In this document: positions 13,060 through 26,100 of the stretch, one piece after another
How positions within the stretch are numbered: position 1 is the stretch's first letter
How the letters are laid out: every line of letters begins with the position of its first letter
Position numbers and translations under genes: made by a program
Notes under the pieces: generated by a model
Seen by the model: only the letters and a program-made list of their open reading frames with translations
Told to the model about the DNA's origin: nothing
Databases searched by the model: none
From: the human T2T-CHM13v2.0 reference genome, Homo sapiens
DNA: 64,000 nucleotides
Direction: 5' to 3' (one strand)
NCBI RefSeq assembly: GCF_009914755.1
Contig: NC_060925.1

Positions 13060-13168
13060 CAGATGGTTTTATATTTTTAAATGATTACATGTTAAATAAT
13101 TATATATACATAAGACCTTTGATTGTGTATGGAAAAACTTAAAATATTTACTTTCTGAATCTTTATAA
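13060..13168. mobile_element. hAT-Charlie MITE remnant (MER58-like end)
   Basis: AAAATATTTACTTTCTGAATCTTTATAAAAAAGTTTGCCAAC resembles the MER58 terminus. Confidence 0.55.
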
Positions 13169-13169
13169 A

Positions 13170-14160
13170 AAAGTTTGCCAACGCTTGACTTAGACAAAAT
13201 GGACAAATTCCATAAAAAACACAATCAAAGCTTGTTCAGGAAGAAATAATGTGAACAGCACTATATTTTTTAAGAAATTGAACTTACAATTTAAAGCCTT
13301 CCAAGAAAAAAAAAAAACCTCCAGACCCAAATGGCTTCAATGGTGAATTTTCCAAACATTTAAGAAAAAAATACTAACTCTACATTAACTCTCCCAAAAT
13401 ATTGAAGAGAAGGAAATCCTTTCCATTTTATCCTATGAAGCCATCATTAACGCTGGTACCAAAATCAGATGAAGCTAGTACAAATCTACAGACCAATATG
13501 CCTCATGAACACAGAGGGAAGAATCCTAAATATAATTGTAACACTTAATCCAACTATACATACAAAGCACCATGACTAAGTTGGGTTTATCTCAAGGGTG
13601 TTAGCATAAAAGTTAAATTATGCTTACACCCTTGAGATAAACACAATATAATTCACTATATTGACAAAATGAAAAAGAAAAGATATTATCTCTATCAATG
13701 CAGAAAAAGCATTTGACAAAAACCCAACATCCACTCATGATTAAATAACTCTCAGCAAACTGGGAATAGAAGGAAACTTTACCAAAGGACATCCATCAAA
13801 AATATTATCTAAAATCACAGGTAATAGTGAAAATTGAATCTGGTGAATTGTATGGGAACTAGGGTAATTGAAATGTTCTGTATATTAATTGTGGTGTTGG
13901 TTAAATGGCTTTAGAAATTTATGAAACTCAGAGTGTGCATCTAAAATGGGTCAATATTATCAAATGCAAATTTGTCCACAATGAAGTTGAATTTTTTAAA
14001 TGCAAAGGACTAAATATATCCAAGATACTCTTGAAGAAAGAAAAACAAAGTAGAATTACTTTATCAGTAGAGACTTAATATAAAGTTACATTAGGTAAGA
14101 CCATGCGAAGCTGTTGCAAGGAGAGAAAAAGAGACCAATGAAATAGAACAGAGATCCACA
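13170..14160 (+). mobile_element. Old L1M fragments (ORF2 RT-region remnant and 3' pieces)
   Basis: Degenerate ORF2 motifs: ATGGACAAATTCC, CCAGACCCAAATGGCTTCA, ATGCAGAAAAAGCATTTGACAAAA..CAACATCCA.TCATGATT. Confidence 0.8.
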
Positions 14161-15139
14161 TGCAAATTGTGTATGTGTAGTAGCAGTAGTAGTTATAGTA
14201 GTAGTATGTGTGTGTTCTGGTGAGTAGTTTGGAGAATAAGTGCCTTTTTTTTCATCTGGCACTACCAGAACCTGACTATAAACTACTTATAGCAAATACA
14301 TTTTAAAATACAGGGATAAGCATTACCTGGAATTAATTGGAAAGAGCTAACATAATCAAAACAGCTGATAGTCACCCACATCATGTATGTGTGGTAGAAA
14401 TACTAGCAAAAGAGTATAGGCCAGTAGACCAGAAAAGACATCCAGTAAGTAAACAAGAAATTGACAAATAAACATGTGTTTCTAAATTAATATTAAAATT
14501 AATAGTATCCTTCAAACAAGTTTTGCAATTATATAAATATCCACAGGCATTCCCCACTCTACTCTATCACCTCCTTTACCTTGGTCATGTGGAAAAGATT
14601 TTGGGGGTCAGATTCTCTGGCATCTAATATAATAGGATTTCCACTTGGCTCTTTCACCCTAAATCATGTATCAAAGCATCAGCATTCCAGTTACCTTTCA
14701 ATTAAAAGTAGCCTATATTCCTGTCTGGGTAATCTATGTGCCTATTGTCATGTCCCAGATTTCTGCAGCTTGAGAGACTCTCGGGAAATTTTCTTGCCTT
14801 CTGTGAAGATTCAACATAGATCATTTATTGTCATTACTGAACTTTCACTCACACTATTTTTGTTTTGTAAATGTATTGTCTACCATATAGCTGACATTGT
14901 AGAAGTGAAAGGCATCACCTCTGTCCACAAGAACATGAAGGATGAAAAGCCACAATTTCCAGGTAAAAAATAGTTTTCAATAGTCAATGTTTCAGTTCTT
15001 CTCGTCCAATTCCTCAGGCTATTTTTGCCAGGTTTCCTGTTTATATCATCATTTTTCTCATATCCATATTCTTCAACAAAATGATATGTTTTCCTTTGAG
15101 CAGGATTTCCCAAGAAACCTTACTATATTTTACCAATAC

Positions 15140-15375
15140 GCACAAGAGCAGACTAACACTTATTGAGTACTTTCCCATTGTTGAAATCTGTAAGTGTTTT
15201 ACGTGTGCTGTTTCAATTCATCCTCACAAAAATTCCTGTGGGTTAGATTTTATTAGTTCTCTTTCACCAGTTAGAAGATTGAAGTCAAGGAGGTTAACTT
15301 TTCAAAGTTTACAGAGGTGCAAAGTTTGGAGGCAGAACTAAAACACAAGTTAATCTAATGCCAAAGATCTTATCT
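15140..15375. mobile_element. MIR remnant
   Basis: ACACTTATTGAGTACTT...TCCTCACAA...AGGTTAAC...GGCAGAAC pattern. Confidence 0.55.
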
Positions 15376-16012
15376 TTTTTTTTCTTCTTTGTCCTAACAT
15401 CCTATAAATACACTGATAATCTAATGTTGGTATTTCACATTTTAATATTTTTGGACTGTGAATATTTAGTATTTAACACTAGCAGTAGCAATTTTTTGAA
15501 TGAATTATGAGTTACATTTGAGAACACATTTCTAAATGTGTCTACATTAAACCAGGAAAATATCACAGCGTTTTCTAGATCCTGCATGATTCTCTCCCTA
15601 ATGCGGCTGGCCTTCCTAACAAAGTGAGTCTAAGATTTTACCATAATTTGGAAATGGTGAACCTAACCTTCAAAAATAAACATTGTTTACGCAGTCATGA
15701 GATCTATATTCCTAAAATGAAAATGTCATTGTGTCCTTTCACTACTTAAAAAACCTTTGTTTTCAAAACTAATTTCAAATCCCATACCTTGATTTATAAG
15801 TCCGTTCCCTTTAGCTTGGTATTGAAATCCCTTCCTGATTCAGCACATGACCACGTTCTTCTTCTATTCGCACCCTGTAGTCAATATTTCAAACCTATGA
15901 AGTACTTGAAGATTTTCAAACATCTTATGGCTCTAATTTGCCAAGCCATTAAACGTATTGCTTCTGACATATTCTCCCTTAACCTTGCTTTAATAAAGAA
16001 TACTAATATTTA

Positions 16013-16563
16013 AGCTAAAAACAGAACTACCATTTCATCCAGCAATCCCACGACTGGGTATCTGCCCAAAGGAAAAGATGTCATAATATGAAAAAGACAC
16101 ACGCACACACATGTTTATCACAACACAATTTGAAATTGCAGAGATATAGAACCAATCTAAGTGCCCATCAGCCAATGAGTGGATAAAGAAAATGTAGAAT
16201 GTATACACCATGGAATACTACTTAGCCATAAAAAAGAAATGAAATAATGTCTTTTGCAGTGACTTGGATGGAGCAGGAGGCCGTTATTCTAAGTGAAGTA
16301 ACTTAGGAATAGAAAAGCAAATATCATGCTCTCACTTATAAATGAGAGATAAGCTATGAGGACGCAAAGGCATAAGAATGGACTTTAGGAACTTGAGGGG
16401 AAGGGTAGGAGGGAGAGATGATAAAATATTACATATTGGGTACAGGGTACACTGCTTGAATCACAGGTGCACCAAAATCTCAGAAATCACTGCTAAAGAA
16501 CGTATCCACGGAATCAGAAAACATCAGTGCCCCCCAAAACTATTGAAATAAAATTTAAACAAA
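16013..16563 (+). mobile_element. 5'-truncated L1PB-type 3' end with TSD
   Basis: GAACTACCATTT.ATCCAGCAATCCCAC...GGATAAAGAAAATG...AAAACTATTGAAATAAAA; flanked by AAGAATACTAATATTTAAG / AAGAACACTAATGTTTTAG. Confidence 0.88.
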
Positions 16564-16675
16564 AGAAGAACACTAATGTTTTAGTATGTAGCTCAGGTTT
16601 CATTTTTTTTTCTAGCAGCATTTCTAATTTCTTATCTGTGTGCTGCACTCACACGCAGATAAGACTCATGCGTGT

Positions 16676-16715
16676 GCACACACACACAGACACATACACA
16701 CACACACCCACACAC
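16676..16715. repeat. Imperfect (CA)n microsatellite
   Basis: Direct inspection. Confidence 0.85.
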
Positions 16716-17202
16716 CAGTTTGGGTGGTATTCCCTATTCCATGTGCTACGTCTTCTCAATGCCCTTATTCTTACTGAGTTCTAATTCTTTTTATTTACAT
16801 TTCGACATTTTCTCTAGGCCTTTATTCTGAAGAGTGGCGACTTTGTTTCTTTCTAGTGCCTAATACATTGTCAGCTAAGAATAAGCATATAATATAAATA
16901 TTTAGTAAAAACAAAATAAAAAAAACTGTCTCTTACAATATATCATTGTCTCCAACAGAGGCCTATAAATAGAATCCACTTGAGTATTTCATTGTAAAAC
17001 AGTTCTGACTTCTATAATTAAAAGACTTTTACTTAATATTGTTAAAACACAATTTTATAGCCACTGAGGAGTTAAAGCTTTATTTATATATAGTAAAGCC
17101 AGAAAATTTAGAAGAAATCTTTAGCCACTAGTTTACCACTGAGAGTACTAGCTGTAGTCTAATGGAATTTATGAGCAGTTCTGAAGAAATACTTTATTTC
17201 CT

Positions 17203-17520
17203 CACAGAATCGCAAGGCTGGAAATGAACCAGAGAGGTCACGAGGTTCATCTCTCATGTTTAAATCATCCCACAGAGATGAGAAACTGCACTATTTATAA
17301 AAACCTGCAGAAAGTAGATATGACAACTTCTCTTTGTAACTGATTCCAGCACTTCACACCTTTCATCCTGAAAATCTTTCCCTAAATGTAACCGAAATTT
17401 CTAATGCTAGAGTGTAAACCTGTCTGCTGTTGCACGATCACTGATGAAGCCTGAAACTAACAGGTTAGTCTCCCTTATGTTAGAAACTACCAGACATTTG
17501 TGCAGTGTAGCCTAATACTG
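17203..17520 (-). mobile_element. Ancient CR1/L3 LINE fragment
   Basis: CACAGAATC..AGGCTGGAA..GA.C...AAAAACCT.CAG...ACAACTTC.CT..GTAAC..ATTCCAG...TCTTTCCCTAAATGTAACC.AAAT resembles the L3/CR1 3' region in antisense. Confidence 0.55.
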
Positions 17521-18869
17521 GACCCCTGAGTACTTCTTTTGTCAAAGGTTAAACAGGCATTTTCAAAATAGTATTAATCTTTGTGACACCTCTCAGAATT
17601 TTTGTGAAAGACATCAGCCTCTCTATAGAACAGCCTTCTAATTACCACTCTGGCCCCTCAACAATCCCTTTCCCCCAAAGCAGTCATATTGTTATGCAAA
17701 CTCCAAAGGAGACAGAAGAAAAATATCAACTGATCAATGAAATGAAATCAATAGATAACAAAATGATAAAAAATTTAATATTTTAAAGTAAAATAGATGA
17801 ATGAATGCGAAGTGTTTCACTCAGGCAGAGGAGGAACAACATAGAAAAATATTGTTTGTTAGGAAACCATGACTTTATCATGCCCATTTCATAATATTTC
17901 AAATTATTTTGTGCCATTTTATTCCAGAACTGATTCAGATATAAAGTTATATTGCAACTATTTATTTCACTCATAAAATGCTTACAATAAGAGCGTCTAC
18001 CTCATAGGGTTGATGAAGATTATAGGAATTTAAAAAGCCATTGCAGTCAGTGGATACTCAGTAAATATTGGTTGGTATAATTCATAGTGTTTATAGTAGC
18101 ATTGATGATCATTTTACCTTATTTAAACATATTAACCATATTGTATGATTTTAATTTCAAAAAAGTCCTGAAATGACTAAAAATATGGTCTTACAGAAAT
18201 AAATAAAGTTCTATTTTTATGTCTTGGTTTACCCCAGTTTTATAAAAGTGTCTGCTATGAATAATTAAAATATATCTGTCTTGTGTTATGAATTAAGTAT
18301 AAATATTAATTAATAAAACAAAGATTAAATACAAATTTAATTATTTAAGATATTTTATGTTTCTTAATGTCCTTGATATAATTACAGCACAATTTACTAT
18401 TTTCACTTTATGTTCAATATATAGTAATTCATTTTCAACTTCACTTTTTACCTCTACTTTTAGTCTTCTTTGTAATCTGCCTCATATTTTCAATTTCAAC
18501 TAGAGCTCAACCTTTAAGATCTTCTAAAATACATGTTGGTAGTTCGCTTCTTTGAACCTTACACAAATTTTGCATTCATATGCTTTAAATATTAATATTA
18601 TTTTTGAATTTTGCTGATTTGTTATAGAATTCCAAATTTAAGTTTAATCTTACTCACTAAAACACTTTCTAACTTGAAAATCTCACCTGTATTTCTTGTA
18701 TTTGCAAACACTCTATTCTAAAATATAAGCCATTTTGTTCACAATTTCATGCTTTAACATTTTCCTATGAAAGGTGGGACAACACTTACACTAATATGGT
18801 TGTATATTCAAGGCACAGATGGGGAGAGCTGGAAACCAAAGGAAATGAGCTGATAATAGATCAAGTGAG

Positions 18870-19090
18870 ATGTTTTTTACTGTAAGTACAAGAAACCCAT
18901 TTCAAAGTGGCTTAAGACATAGGGCAATTAATTATCTCACAAAAGAGAAAAAGTACAGCAGTAGATTAGCTTCAGGGTTGATTAATTTGGTAGCACAACC
19001 ATGTCATCAAGGTTATTTCCTCTTTCTGCTCTGTCATCCAAAGAACTGAAACTTTTTTCCTTGGGCTAGCTTCCTTTATGCTCATAAGAT
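18870..19090. mobile_element. Old MaLR LTR (MLT1J/K-like)
   Basis: GTAAGTACAAGAAACCCA.TTCAAAGTGGCTTAA...TTAGCTTCAGG...ATGTCATCAAGG. Confidence 0.55.
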
Positions 19091-19119
19091 TATTTATAAG
19101 TTTTGAATATCTATTCTTA

Positions 19120-21900
19120 CAATATGAGGACTAGATAATCTCAATACCCTTCTCCAACAAAACATCTAGAAATGCTAGATAAAATATGACAAAGAAAATA
19201 AATGTACTCTTAGAAGATAAAACAGCATACTGGAAAATAAGAGAAATCCTTGAGGACAAACATAAATAGAAAGATAAAAATTAGGGGTGTAAAACAAAAC
19301 CTCAGAAATGCTTTCTGGGGGCTTTGGTTTCTAAGGGTTTCTCTGAAAAAAGAGGTAAGGACTGCACCTGTGCAAGGTCGAGCTAAGACTGAAAAAATTG
19401 TCTAAAGTTAGGACTTCAAAGTGCTACATATTCAGTGATAGGATGGCCCTTAAAAGGGTCCTCATCAGGAAAAATAAAATAAAATTATTGGTTTTGGCCT
19501 AGGCTACGGGGGCAGAGGGAGAGTGGGAGTCATTTAAGAATGTCTAACGACATGCCTATGATCATAGAAACTCCAAGCTGACAAACAGCAGAAAGTGACC
19601 CTGAGGTGGTGGTGAAGAAGGTAGGGTGGCTGAGAGAACAAACGAATATTCTTCCTGTATAGAAAGATCCTGTGCACTGGCACCACAGGATTCCCACACA
19701 TAAGGAGTGCCAAAATAAATTTTGCAATTAAGCTACACACACAGACACACATGCCCAAAACATCATCAGTGAGAATCAGCAGAAAGAACAAATAGCAGAT
19801 TTAGGGTACTTTACAAACAGACTTATTGGATATAGAATACAAGGTAGCTATGTTGAAAACATTAAAGAGATAAGCAATGGAGTTTAATATATGTGAAAGC
19901 TACAAGGTTCTATTAAAAAAGACTCAAGAGTTTAAGAGAACCAAGTAGAAGAAGCTCTAGAATTAGAAAAAAAAAAGCAATTAATGTAGCGAACTGGTTG
20001 AACAACAGATTAAATATAGCTATAGAAAAAATGAAGTGAAAGATCTGAAATACTAACACGTAAGACACATAAGCAAAGAGATAGAAGATGTTGATGTTTA
20101 AGAAACATATAACAGAAAGAGGAACATTCAATTGAAATTCCAAGGACAGTAAATGAGAAAGTTATTATTTTAAGAGCTAACAGATTAAAACTTTTACAGA
20201 ATTGAAGATAAGAATGTTCAAATTTGGGGAATACAACTTTAGGCAAGATTAATGAAAATAACTCTAAAAATGGAAACATCACAGTGAAATTGCAGAGATG
20301 ATTTTATAAATAGCTATGGAGAAAAAGTAGATTGCCTACGAAGAAAAAGATACATGAGGACACTTTAAACAGTAACAACTAGAAAATAATGTACCATATA
20401 CCTTCAAAGTTCTTAGGAAAAAGTATCTGTAAACTCAGATAGCCATCTTCAGATAAACAAACACAAAATTTATCAGGTGAACTTCAGGACAAAGAATAGT
20501 GAACTCAGAAGGAAAGAAAGGTAAACATGAAGGAATGACAAGAAGAAACAAATATCCAGGTAAGTCGAAAACAACATTACTACATAAGCAGTACATTAAG
20601 AGACAGTAGAGTATACTGATTCAAACATGTTTTAATACAAGCGAAGACACTAGAACAGTTTCTGGTACAAAGTAAGATGGTTCTTATCACTATTGTTACT
20701 ATTACTACTATTTAAAAATATTAATGATTAATTTGAGGGGCAAAAACACCAAATTAAAATACTGAACTATAAAACTAATTAATATTGAGGTAGGAGATTG
20801 GTGCTAAAATATTAAAGTTATTATATTTTTAGGTATGTAAAAATATGGATTATTTTGGATTTATTTAGTTAATTATACAAACTAAAATTAGAACTAAAAG
20901 GAAAGAGATGGAAAAAGTAAATGTCCACCAGGAAACAGTCTGGATTAATTTTGAATGTATTCATCTAGGCAGAAAAGGCATGACATCTCTGAGAGGTAAA
21001 CTTGAGACTAGCCTCAATCTTGACATGACAGCAGTCAGTGACAAAAGGCACAAAATGTAGTGTATGCAAGTTCTAATGATGACAGTTTGACTTAAAAATA
21101 GTGTGTCGAAACAAGTTTCCCAAGTGTAGGAGGAACAGTAAGACATTTTCAAATACAGAAGAAAGCAGACAACAGAGTAGTCAGAAACCTTTCTTAAAAA
21201 ACACACACACACATATTCAATAAAGAAATTTAGCTAGTTAATAATTGCATTTAAAAAAATTCCTAGAAATTTCTCCTAGAAATGGAGAATCTATAGTGAA
21301 AATAACCCCGGATAGGGCTAAAACCTTTTCAACATAAACGGAGAGTAAATTACCGTGGGACTCATGGTAGAACAGAATGTCAACGCTATAACCCTTTACA
21401 AAGCAATAACATGCAGATAAAAAGGAAAAAGAGGGAGGAAGACGTGTTAGTATGGCAAATGGTCAACTAGTACTGTCTGAAATCTAAATGAGTTGTTAAA
21501 AATTCTCAGCACCTATATGTATATATATTTGCTTATATTTATATAGTTAATTTAAAATTTATTTGTTTTGTGGTTATAAATATAAATCTGCAATCAACAA
21601 TTATTTCCATTTCATTTTAGTCTCTTTTTTCTTCTGTTAAATTATAATAAAATGGGAGTGGACTTTCAGTGAAATAGCATGTAAACAACAATCCAATATT
21701 TATAATAGTCTATCATTCTATCTATCTAACCTTTCTCTCATCTATTCTCTAATTTATCTATAATCTATTTTGATAGGTGTCCATGCATAGAAAGATACTC
21801 TGAATTATATTAACTAAATACATAAAAGCAGGCTTACAAGGTAAGGATTTGAGTGATGATTTGCTTTTTCCCTTGACTTTTTCAGTGGCTTAAAATTTTT
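19120..21900 (+). mobile_element. Highly degraded old L1 (L1ME/HAL1-like 5'/ORF1 and 3' remnants)
   Basis: Strongly A-rich + strand with L1 ORF1-like phrases (GAACCAAGTAGAA..TCTAGAA, AACAACAGATTAAATATAGCT..AGAA, CTTCAAAGTTCT.AGGAAAA). Boundaries approximate. Confidence 0.55.
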
Positions 21901-22212
21901 GCAATAGGTATATATTACTTTTATCAAAACAAAATATGCTGAAATGGTATTTAGAAACAAAAGCATAGAGTTTATTACTTATTTGATCAATTTAAGAATA
22001 GTATGTTAATTTCGACCTTTAACTGTTGTTACACAATTGGTATAATATATTTCCTCCAATGGTAATTTGAGATTTGTTAATAACTATTGCATAATCTCTC
22101 ATTTATCATCTAAATGAAGACAGAAAACCAGGGACAAAAATTATATATAACAACTTCCTCTTAAATGTCAAAAGATAGGGGTAGGAAAGCTTAAGCAATA
22201 TATAAGACATGT

Positions 22213-22737
22213 GAAAGACATACATGCATGCGTATGTTTATCATAGCACTATTCACAACAATAGCGAAGACATGGAATTAACCTAAATGCTCATCAGTGG
22301 TAGACTGGATAAAGAAAATGTGGTATATACACACTATGGAATACTATGCAGCCATTAAAAAGGACGAGATAATGTTCTTTGCACCAACATAGAGTTAAAG
22401 GCCATTATGCTAAGTGAACTAACACAGGAACAGAAAACCAAATAATGCCATGTTCTCCCTTATAAGTGGGAGCTAAACATTGAGTATATGTGGATATAAA
22501 GAAGGGAACAATACACACTGGGGCCTACTCGGGGGTGGAAGAAGGGAGGAGGGTTAGGATCGAAAAACTGCTTATCAGGTACTATGCTTATTTACTGTTG
22601 GCAAAATAATCTGTACATCAGACCTCTGTGACACACAATTTACGTATATAACAAACCTGCACATGAATCCTTGGACCTAAACTAAAGGTTAAAAACAATA
22701 ATAATAACAATCACATAAAAAACAAAATAAAATAACA
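22213..22737 (+). mobile_element. L1PA15/16-like 3' end
   Basis: GCACTATTCACAA..GACTGGATAAAGAAAATGTGG..TATAAGTGGGAGCTAAAC..AACAAACCTGCACATG, then an A-rich tail. Confidence 0.88.
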
Positions 22738-22851
22738 TTTTTGCCTTTTGAAAAAAAATGTGATTCATATTTAAGTTCTTATACAGCAGAACTATGACTA
22801 ATTGACTTTGTCTTTTGGCGGTGAAATCTACAACGAAGTTGTTGATGTTTT

Positions 22852-23140
22852 TGTAATCCTAGCATTTGGGAGGTCAAGGCAGGAGGACTGTTTGAGGCCA
22901 AGAGCTCAAAACCAGTTTAGGCAACAGAGTCAGACCCTGTCTCCATGAAATACAATAAGAAAAAAGAAAAAAGAAAATTAACTGGGTGTGTTGGTACATA
23001 GACACAGCTACTCTGGAGGCTGAGAAGAAAGAATCACCTGAACTCAGGAGTTCAAGGCTGAAGTAAGCTATGGTTGAGCCACTGCACTTCAGCCTGGACG
23101 ACAGAATGAGACTCTATCTCAATAAATAAATAAATAAATA
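22852..23140 (+). mobile_element. Alu (old, AluJ-type) with (TAAA)n tail
   Basis: TGTAATCCTAGCATTTGGGAGG...GAGTTCAAGGCTG.AGT.AGCTATG..CCACTGCACT.CAGCCTGG. Confidence 0.9.
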
Positions 23141-26100
23141 TTTTAAAAATTAAAAAGCAATATACATTACTTTTTGAATAGTTGGGGTAAAAGTAAAATT
23201 TTTCAACTTATAAAGTAACATTCAAATTGGAATGCAAACTGTGCTTTCACTAAAATTAAAATATTTTCCCAGTTATTCACTCATCATAACTAAGAGTAGC
23301 TGGGGTCCTATTTGAAATAACTATAAATAATCTAAGTTAAAACCTCAAAATGATCAAAAATAGTAAAAATGTATCTTGGATAAAAGATTAGATAGAGTCT
23401 AAAAACTAATTTGACCACAAGGGAGGTGTTCTGTAGCAATAAGATGCTTTGAAAGCATATATATCATGAAACTAACGAGGTATGTCATGAAACAAAGTAG
23501 ATAAATCATGACACGATGGTATCATTTAAACAGGATAGTTTGGAAGGAGATGTCAGTGCTATTTTAAGTAGTAAATTTTCAGTCTCAGATAATTTTTTTT
23601 ACCAAGAATATTAGTTAAAAGTACCTGCAAATCTCAATATCTAAATCACTATCTAATTGAAAGCATAATAATTATAATTTCCACACATGATTTAAGATAG
23701 CTACATAGTATATAAATGACAGGTCATCGTGATATACTATTTATTGAATGACTCAGCAATAGCAGTTTTGTCCAATTCCAATGGGGAAACGCACTCCAAA
23801 GTGTGTGCAAAGCCATCCATTGACATATAGGTAAAAATGGTAACATTTCTTCATTTATTTATATCTTATACATTTCTGGTTTGGGGTGTTTTGTAATGTA
23901 AGGTGGGGTAAATATAAAATAAACAAATGTATATACATTGGATGTACAGTGTAAATAATTTTCATGAATCAGGATAAAAAAATTACCACCATTAATTAAA
24001 ATAAGATTGATTCCCAATACAACTAAAAATTTGGAAGTTATTACTCAATCCACTGTACTGAGAAAAATTTTAGGACAATGTCTAGTCAGTGCTGATAAGG
24101 GATACCATGATGGTTATCTAGCTGGTAGAAGAACAAAGTATGTTATTGGAACACTAATAGTTAGGTTCGAACCTTACTATACAGCATTCTACTCCAGGCA
24201 CTGGCAAATATTCTTGATTAATTTATATGGAGAGTTTCTTTGCTGCTATCTTTTCCTTTTCAATATTGCATGACTCTTATCATTTTCCAAGACAGGCCAC
24301 ATTTATTTGCCCTTTTGTCCTTACCCCTGAAGCTTTAGAAATAGTATGAGACATAAATTAGTGAAAGGGAAATTATCCAAAGGAACATTCAATCTTATTG
24401 CTCTATTGTCTTTTTTTAATACATACTAATCATACCATAATTTTTAGATTTATAGTAAAGTAATATTTATTGCATCATTATTTAAATTTTTAAAATAGCC
24501 ACTGCATTTTTTTTGTTTCTGTAATTTAGGAATATTGACCAACTAGTAGGAAACTTGCAAAATGTATTAGAATTTAAAATAACATACTTAAAAGAAAAGC
24601 AATTTAAGGTATAACCTACTGTTTTCTTGGCAAATTACAAAATGAAAGTAATGAAAAACAAATGTTATTATATCAAGAATTTAAACAGTTTATTTCAGGG
24701 CATTTTAGAAAACTTAAGTTGATGATCAGCTTTTTGACAATTAATTTGAAATGACAGTTTGAAAAAAAATAGGAATAAGTTTAGAATTAGTAGAGCCAGG
24801 CAGGAGTTTCTCCCTCTGGCCAAGAGTTAAGACATCTATTCTGACTTTATGAAAACATACTGTTGAGATTTAGTTGCAAAAGGATTCCTTCACAGAATTC
24901 ATATTTAGCTCTCTACTTTTCATTTATTGGAAAAGTTTCCAAAAACTAGAGAGGGTTCAAATGCAATGAGCAAATATTAGATCATCTACAGTTAACATAA
25001 ATTAAACTGTAACTCAGAAATGTTGCTGAACTGAATGAAGGTGTCTTGATACATTTCCATACAAATCTATCTTTGTTCAAGATAAAATACTACACTGATG
25101 AATGCCTCAACAGCCATGGAACAGAACCCTGACAGAGTAATTCCAGTCATCCCTCTCAACCAGTTTCTGTCAATGAACACACATCACTTCTCCTAGGCAT
25201 TGAAAATTCTAAGTGATGTCTCACAAGGTGAGTCTACAGATCCATGATTTTTCTCAAAGTTTAAGAATCTACCTGGAGATTACGTGAATCACTTGAGAGG
25301 CAGGACACCAAATTCGTCTTTAAAACAAACAAAGTTGTGCTAATTATTCAATCTTTCCACCCTGCAAAATGATTTTTCTTCCATTTTTCCCAGAATTAAA
25401 AATATATATGTACTTCTCTATTCTAATAAGCTTTATGCCGAAGTATTCTGCAAGTCTTTTTACAAATTTCATAATAATAATTAAAAGAAACTTCATATAT
25501 ACTAAAATCTGTCATCTATCATTTATTTCGTATATTTTAAGTAACTAATTTCAGTAAAAGATTTGTTAAGCCAAACAAAAATATTTAAAATTTTATAATA
25601 TAGACACTTATTCAATTTCTGTGTAAATTTCATTATTTCCAAGAAATGAAAACTGTGACAGATATTAATATATTTGTTTCCAAATTTTGATAATATTCAC
25701 ATTAAACTATTTCAAGAATTTATACTTTTAAAATCTATTTTTGTATTGTACTTTATATCATAGCATGCTTTCAATGCTAACCATCTTTTTTAGATAATTG
25801 AATGTATTGATATACATATGATTTAGGAAAAGTTAGTTCACAGATTGTCTTTGTAAACATGCTTCTACTTTAAATACAGTCATCCACCATACTGACCAGG
25901 TGATTGGTACAAAGGAAATTAAAGAAACTTATTCTTTAAAGAACGCTTACTTTCTTACTTTAATAATTAAATAAATTTTTATTTTTTTTTTTTCCTTTGG
26001 ACACAGTGAGCTAAAAATATAAGTTAAAGATTAGTAAACTGGTAAAGAATGGGGAGTAATATGTTCTTCTTCTAGGTATGTCCCGAAGTGCCCGTTATGT

